Assembly (NCBI GenBank): GCA_024654485.1
Contig: JANLHO010000004.1
Location: 1-39,118, forward strand
Origin: Patescibacteria group bacterium
GTDB taxonomy: Bacteria; Patescibacteriota; Minisyncoccia; Phycocordibacterales; UBA2100
Direction of reading: 5' to 3'
Length of the DNA: 39,118 bases
Shown piece after piece: positions 36,243 through 39,118 of the stretch (the stretch's first letter is position 1; the number at the start of each line of letters is the position of its first letter). The translations under genes were made by a program, and so were the position numbers. The notes beneath the pieces were generated by a model that searched no databases, had not been told where the DNA came from, and saw nothing but the letters and a program-made list of their open reading frames with translations.

Positions 36243-37952
36243 TTATGTAAGTAAGGCTTGAAGAGCTTTTCTGTTTTTTGGACTAAATGAGTACCCATTT
36301 TTCTCAACTTCTTTCCAAAAGACTTCCTTAACTTCGTCATGGTTTCTCAAAAAAACAATCGCCTCTTGCTGGTTCGTAATCCTTTTCCGACGCGCACCGC
36401 TTACAATGCCAGAGAAATAGGAAGGCGTGCTAGATTTCAGGCTAAAATCCGCCTTCCATATTTGATGAACACAATTCCTTAGATGACCATCATATTCCGC
36501 AAATAAGTCTTCCACTGCCTGTCCAGCTGGGAGAACTATGAGAAACACTTTAGGAATATCCTTAACCTCCAACTTCTTAAATCCACTTCGTTCTGCTCCT
36601 TCTCCAGCGTCTTCTGTATGACGCTTTATAGAGTCCAAGCCACCGTCGCCATCTACAATAAAGTACGCAGCAGACCCGAGAATTTGTGGAGCTGCTTTTA
36701 ATAAATCGAGGTATCTGCCGACATCTGCTATTCCTTCCAAGCCCTTCGTTACATCAATCCCCACTTTTCTAAAAGCCTCAACGGTCAGATCTTTTTGATC
36801 TTCGATGAAGATGAGCCGATCACTTTTTGCAATTGTAAAATACGCGCCGAAGTTGACATCGCCCATGAGTTTTCCGACTTCAGAGACTTTCTGATCCGAT
36901 GCCTCCGTTACTAGGAGTGAAGATAACCGTTCTTCAGAAAGAATGTTCCACCTGACCCTTTCGCCGCCGCGTCTACTTGCAGCAAGCAGCGCAGGCGAGT
37001 GTGTAGAGACAACCATTTGCATATTGCTGAGCCAGGTCTCTGAGTTAATTTCCCCAGCAAGTTTAAGAAGAAGGTCCATATGCAGAAAAGACTCCGGTTC
37101 TTCCATCAGCCAAAGAGGGTGGTATTCACCCCGGTGCAGAGATCGATCGCTATCGAGAAGAAAGTGGGCAAGGTATAGAACTGTAGATTGTGCGCCCGTA
37201 CCTTGCGCCGTAAGTTCTATTTCGGGAGCTCCTTTATACCCTTGGAAGCTAATATCTGATACGTCAATAATTTGTTTTATGTTCCGGGGCAGATCTATCA
37301 TCACTCTCGAGCCGGGCCAAAATGCTTGGAGCGAATCGCTAATTGAGCGTGATAGATATTCGTTTGCAGATTTACGCATTTCATCCCATCGCTGTTCGAG
37401 ATCCTTTATTGCATGCGTAAGAGCTGCACCACGTCCCCAGTTTGCTAATAGACGTTGGCGAAGTTTCTTCTGCACATTGGCGAGCAACAACTTTCCCTCT
37501 TGCGGGTGTATGTAGGTCACTTCTACAGCACTTAGAAGCCAGACCACATCTTCCGGCAAATCGTCACTTTCCTTCCCGCCACCAATTATCCAGCTCGCGC
37601 CTACGGCATCCGAAATTGGTGTGTAGGTTAAAATTTTAGTAACGGTTAGCTCGTGCCCGAATTTTTTTAAAAGTCTTGTTTTCCTTGTCTTGGTGCTTAA
37701 AGCTTCCAAGTCAAAGGTTAAGCGGATTTCACTCCTGTTATAACCCTTTTTCTTAGCAAGAAACTCCGTCTTGTTGAGGAAGGAGCTATCAGAGTAGTAG
37801 TCATCGGTAAAGAATGCCTTAAGACTGTGGAAAATGTTTGTCTTACCGGCGTTGTTAACGCCGATGAGGTATGTCGCTTGGGACATGTCCACTTGTGTCA
37901 CTCCGCGAAAGCTACGGAAGTTCTTGATCTTTAACTCCTTTATCAAATTCAT
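36243..37952 (-). CDS. OLD-family nuclease: N-terminal ABC/AAA_15-type ATPase fused to a C-terminal Toprim-like domain
   Basis: IKNFRSFRG..., Walker A GVNNAGKTN, signature-like LTAQGTGAQS, Walker B/D-loop LWLMEEPESFLH and H-loop VVSTHSP. The C-terminus has LIFIEDQKD (Toprim Glu) and YFIVDGDGG (DxD). Clearly AT-richer than the rest of the window, by eye. Confidence 0.8.
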   Translation of the reverse strand: MNLIKELKIKNFRSFRGVTQVDMSQATYLIGVNNAGKTNIFHSLKAFFTDDYYSDSSFLNKTEFLAKKKGYNRSEIRLTFDLEALSTKTRKTRLLKKFGHELTVTKILTYTPISDAVGASWIIGGGKESDDLPEDVVWLLSAVEVTYIHPQEGKLLLANVQKKLRQRLLANWGRGAALTHAIKDLEQRWDEMRKSANEYLSRSISDSLQAFWPGSRVMIDLPRNIKQIIDVSDISFQGYKGAPEIELTAQGTGAQSTVLYLAHFLLDSDRSLHRGEYHPLWLMEEPESFLHMDLLLKLAGEINSETWLSNMQMVVSTHSPALLAASRRGGERVRWNILSEERLSSLLVTEASDQKVSEVGKLMGDVNFGAYFTIAKSDRLIFIEDQKDLTVEAFRKVGIDVTKGLEGIADVGRYLDLLKAAPQILGSAAYFIVDGDGGLDSIKRHTEDAGEGAERSGFKKLEVKDIPKVFLIVLPAGQAVEDLFAEYDGHLRNCVHQIWKADFSLKSSTPSYFSGIVSGARRKRITNQQEAIVFLRNHDEVKEVFWKEVEKNGYSFSPKNRKALQALLT

Positions 37953-37961
37953 AGGGTAGTT

Positions 37962-38009
37962 GGAGTATACTCAAAATACTCCCGCTTGACCCGTCTAGGT
38001 CACTAGACG
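37962..38009. promoter_or_regulatory. Two inverted repeats upstream of the OLD gene (candidate operators)
   Basis: GGAGTAT-n7-ATACTCC (37962-37982, includes a TATACT -10-like box on the minus strand) and the perfect CGTCTAG-gtca-CTAGACG (37992-38009). Confidence 0.5.
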
Positions 38010-38059
38010 TGGTGTCCAAGATGAGATATTTGTGATGATGTATAAATAATTCTTCATAT

Positions 38060-38340
38060 TTACCTCAAAAGTCTATCTACCGACACGTCGAGCGCATCTG
38101 CGATGCGCTTAATGGTCGAAAGTGTCGGGTTTTTCTTGTTGAGTTCCGGGCCATGATGTGGCCTAACTGTACCAAGTTTCCGCGCATTGCGAAATCGCCG
38201 TAGGGTGGCGCGGGGTGGGCTCTGATACCCAACACGGCCGGGGTGTGTTGCGTAGCATTCTACGTAACAACGGAGTCCCCCTGTTGCCGCTCGTCCTTTT
38301 CCAGTACCTTTTTGATCTGTTCGAAAAGCGTATATTTCAT
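38060..38340 (-). pseudogene. XRE-family HTH regulator gene interrupted by a ~92-nt GC-rich insert
   Basis: N-terminal piece MKYTLFEQIKKVLEKDERQQ (ATG 38340) runs into a TAG at 38262-38260. The C-terminal piece NARKLGTVRPHHGPELNKKNPTLSTIKRIADALDVSVDRLLR* (38188-38060) is in another frame and has no start codon. Joined, the two pieces have the length and pattern of a ~62-aa XRE HTH domain. Confidence 0.65.
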
Positions 38341-38361
38341 GCTTCTAGATACTCACACAAA

Positions 38362-38916
38362 TCAGGAGTTTGAGGAATCGGTTGGTTTTGGTGCCAGTTT
38401 GGCATCGATTTTGGCCTTGACGGCGTCCCGCCCCATTTCTGATGTCTTTATGTGGCAAAGCGGCAGATCGGATGATTCGGAAATATAGTCAATGAATGCG
38501 TCCCGCGCTTGCCTATCGGGTCGTTCGTGGCTGCTTCCGTCGAGCTCAATGACGAGTTGCGCCTGTACGCGCTCTTTGTCGCAGAGGACGAAGTCAGCGG
38601 ACTTCCTATCGATTTTGTTTCGCAGCACAAATTGATCTTTGTATGAAAGCCCCCTGTGCGGAACGAGCAAATGGCTGTAGTGGACCTGCGGGAAGATATA
38701 GAAACGGTCTACGTATAGTTCCCGCAATGTATTGAACAGTTCACGTTCGGTCTTCGCATCAAACAAATCCTGTTTCCTGTCATAGGCGAGCGGTCGCTCG
38801 CCGCCCGATGACAACCAGCGCCAGATCAGCGCCGCCGCCACAACGACAAGCAGCACGGCGAGGAGTACGTACAGCCCGATGAACGGATGCAGAGCAGCCC
38901 CCAGATCAAACATCAC
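38362..38916 (-). CDS. Membrane-anchored DUF2726-like protein (restriction-endonuclease-like fold)
   Basis: N-terminal TM (FIGLYVLLAVLLVVVAAALIW). ERELFNTL......IFPQV....LL.......RNKIDRKSADFVLCD......LVIELDGSSH......RDAFID fits the DUF2726 pattern with a D...E-x-D / PD-(D/E)xK-like core. Confidence 0.7.
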   Translation of the reverse strand: MMFDLGAALHPFIGLYVLLAVLLVVVAAALIWRWLSSGGERPLAYDRKQDLFDAKTERELFNTLRELYVDRFYIFPQVHYSHLLVPHRGLSYKDQFVLRNKIDRKSADFVLCDKERVQAQLVIELDGSSHERPDRQARDAFIDYISESSDLPLCHIKTSEMGRDAVKAKIDAKLAPKPTDSSNS

Positions 38917-38986
38917 AAAATAATCCCACAGATCTTCATTTTGCTCTAGTCCTGCCGTAGATTTACTGCATCCATCCGTAGCCTTG

Positions 38987-39118
38987 CCGTGCCCTCCGAA
39001 GCTTCCATCGGAGGACGGGGCGAAGGAGAAGCGAAGCAGGGGAAATCGGTTGAGGTGGCCTGCCTGCCGTAAGCAGGGCGCAGGACGCCGGAAAGCGGCT
39101 CAACCGTACGGTTGAGCC
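38987..39118. other. GC-rich, highly structured segment truncated by the window end (possible ncRNA, attenuator or repeat element)
   Basis: Bulged hairpin CCGT-gc-CCTCCGA-n8-TCGGAGG-ACGG (38987-39018). CGGTTGAG (39047-39054) can pair with CTCAACCG (39099-39106), which alternatively pairs within the perfect 22-bp palindrome GGCTCAACCGTACGGTTGAGCC (39097-39118). Confidence 0.4.

Noticed and set aside
38243-38488. 81-aa plus-strand ORF spanning the XRE remnant and the DUF2726 3' end
   Set aside because: It is antisense to both features and has a Cys/Ser-rich, non-descript translation.

Overview
39.1-kb bacterial chromosomal fragment, moderately GC-rich by eye. Strand bias is extreme: every supported gene except one (31018-31548) is on the minus strand, and most gaps are under 60 nt.

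Content mixes two groups. Housekeeping genes: the 5' part of glmS, obg, a cyclophilin, msrB, typA/bipA, eno, gpmA, a DEAD-box helicase, an RluA-family synthase, an AlkA-type glycosylase and tRNA-Cys. Envelope and small secreted or membrane proteins: two tandem M14 peptidase paralogues, a VanY/M15B peptidase, GH18 with a PG-binding domain, an IPT/TIG surface protein, a Gmad2 protein, a DsbA-like protein, SanA/DUF218, MscS and a HlyD-FtsX-ABC exporter. The gene content suggests a small-genome Patescibacteria/CPR-like organism, but this is inference only. No rRNA, CRISPR array, transposase or integrase was recognised.

Main items to follow up:
1. An AT-richer accessory segment at about 36.1-38.9 kb is my best candidate for an uncharacterised defence module. 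It carries a stand-alone OLD-family ATPase-Toprim nuclease and a membrane-anchored DUF2726 nuclease-fold protein. Between them is an XRE-type HTH gene split by a ~92-nt GC-rich hairpin-rich insert. Palindromic operators lie upstream of the OLD gene, and a strongly structured GC-rich segment lies at the window edge.
2. An ~820-bp AT-richer insertion carries one kinase-fold ORF. It is bounded by 59-bp direct repeats that duplicate the 3' end of the glycosylase gene; within the coding part of the repeat the differences are all synonymous.
3. A fully synonymously recoded copy of the first 14 codons of typA sits 82 nt upstream of the real start.
4. The start codon of an unknown 322-aa ORF overlaps the encoded CCA end of tRNA-Cys.
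5. One of the two M14 paralogues lacks three catalytic or metal-binding residues.

All calls come from reading translations and motifs by eye. No database search or computation was run.
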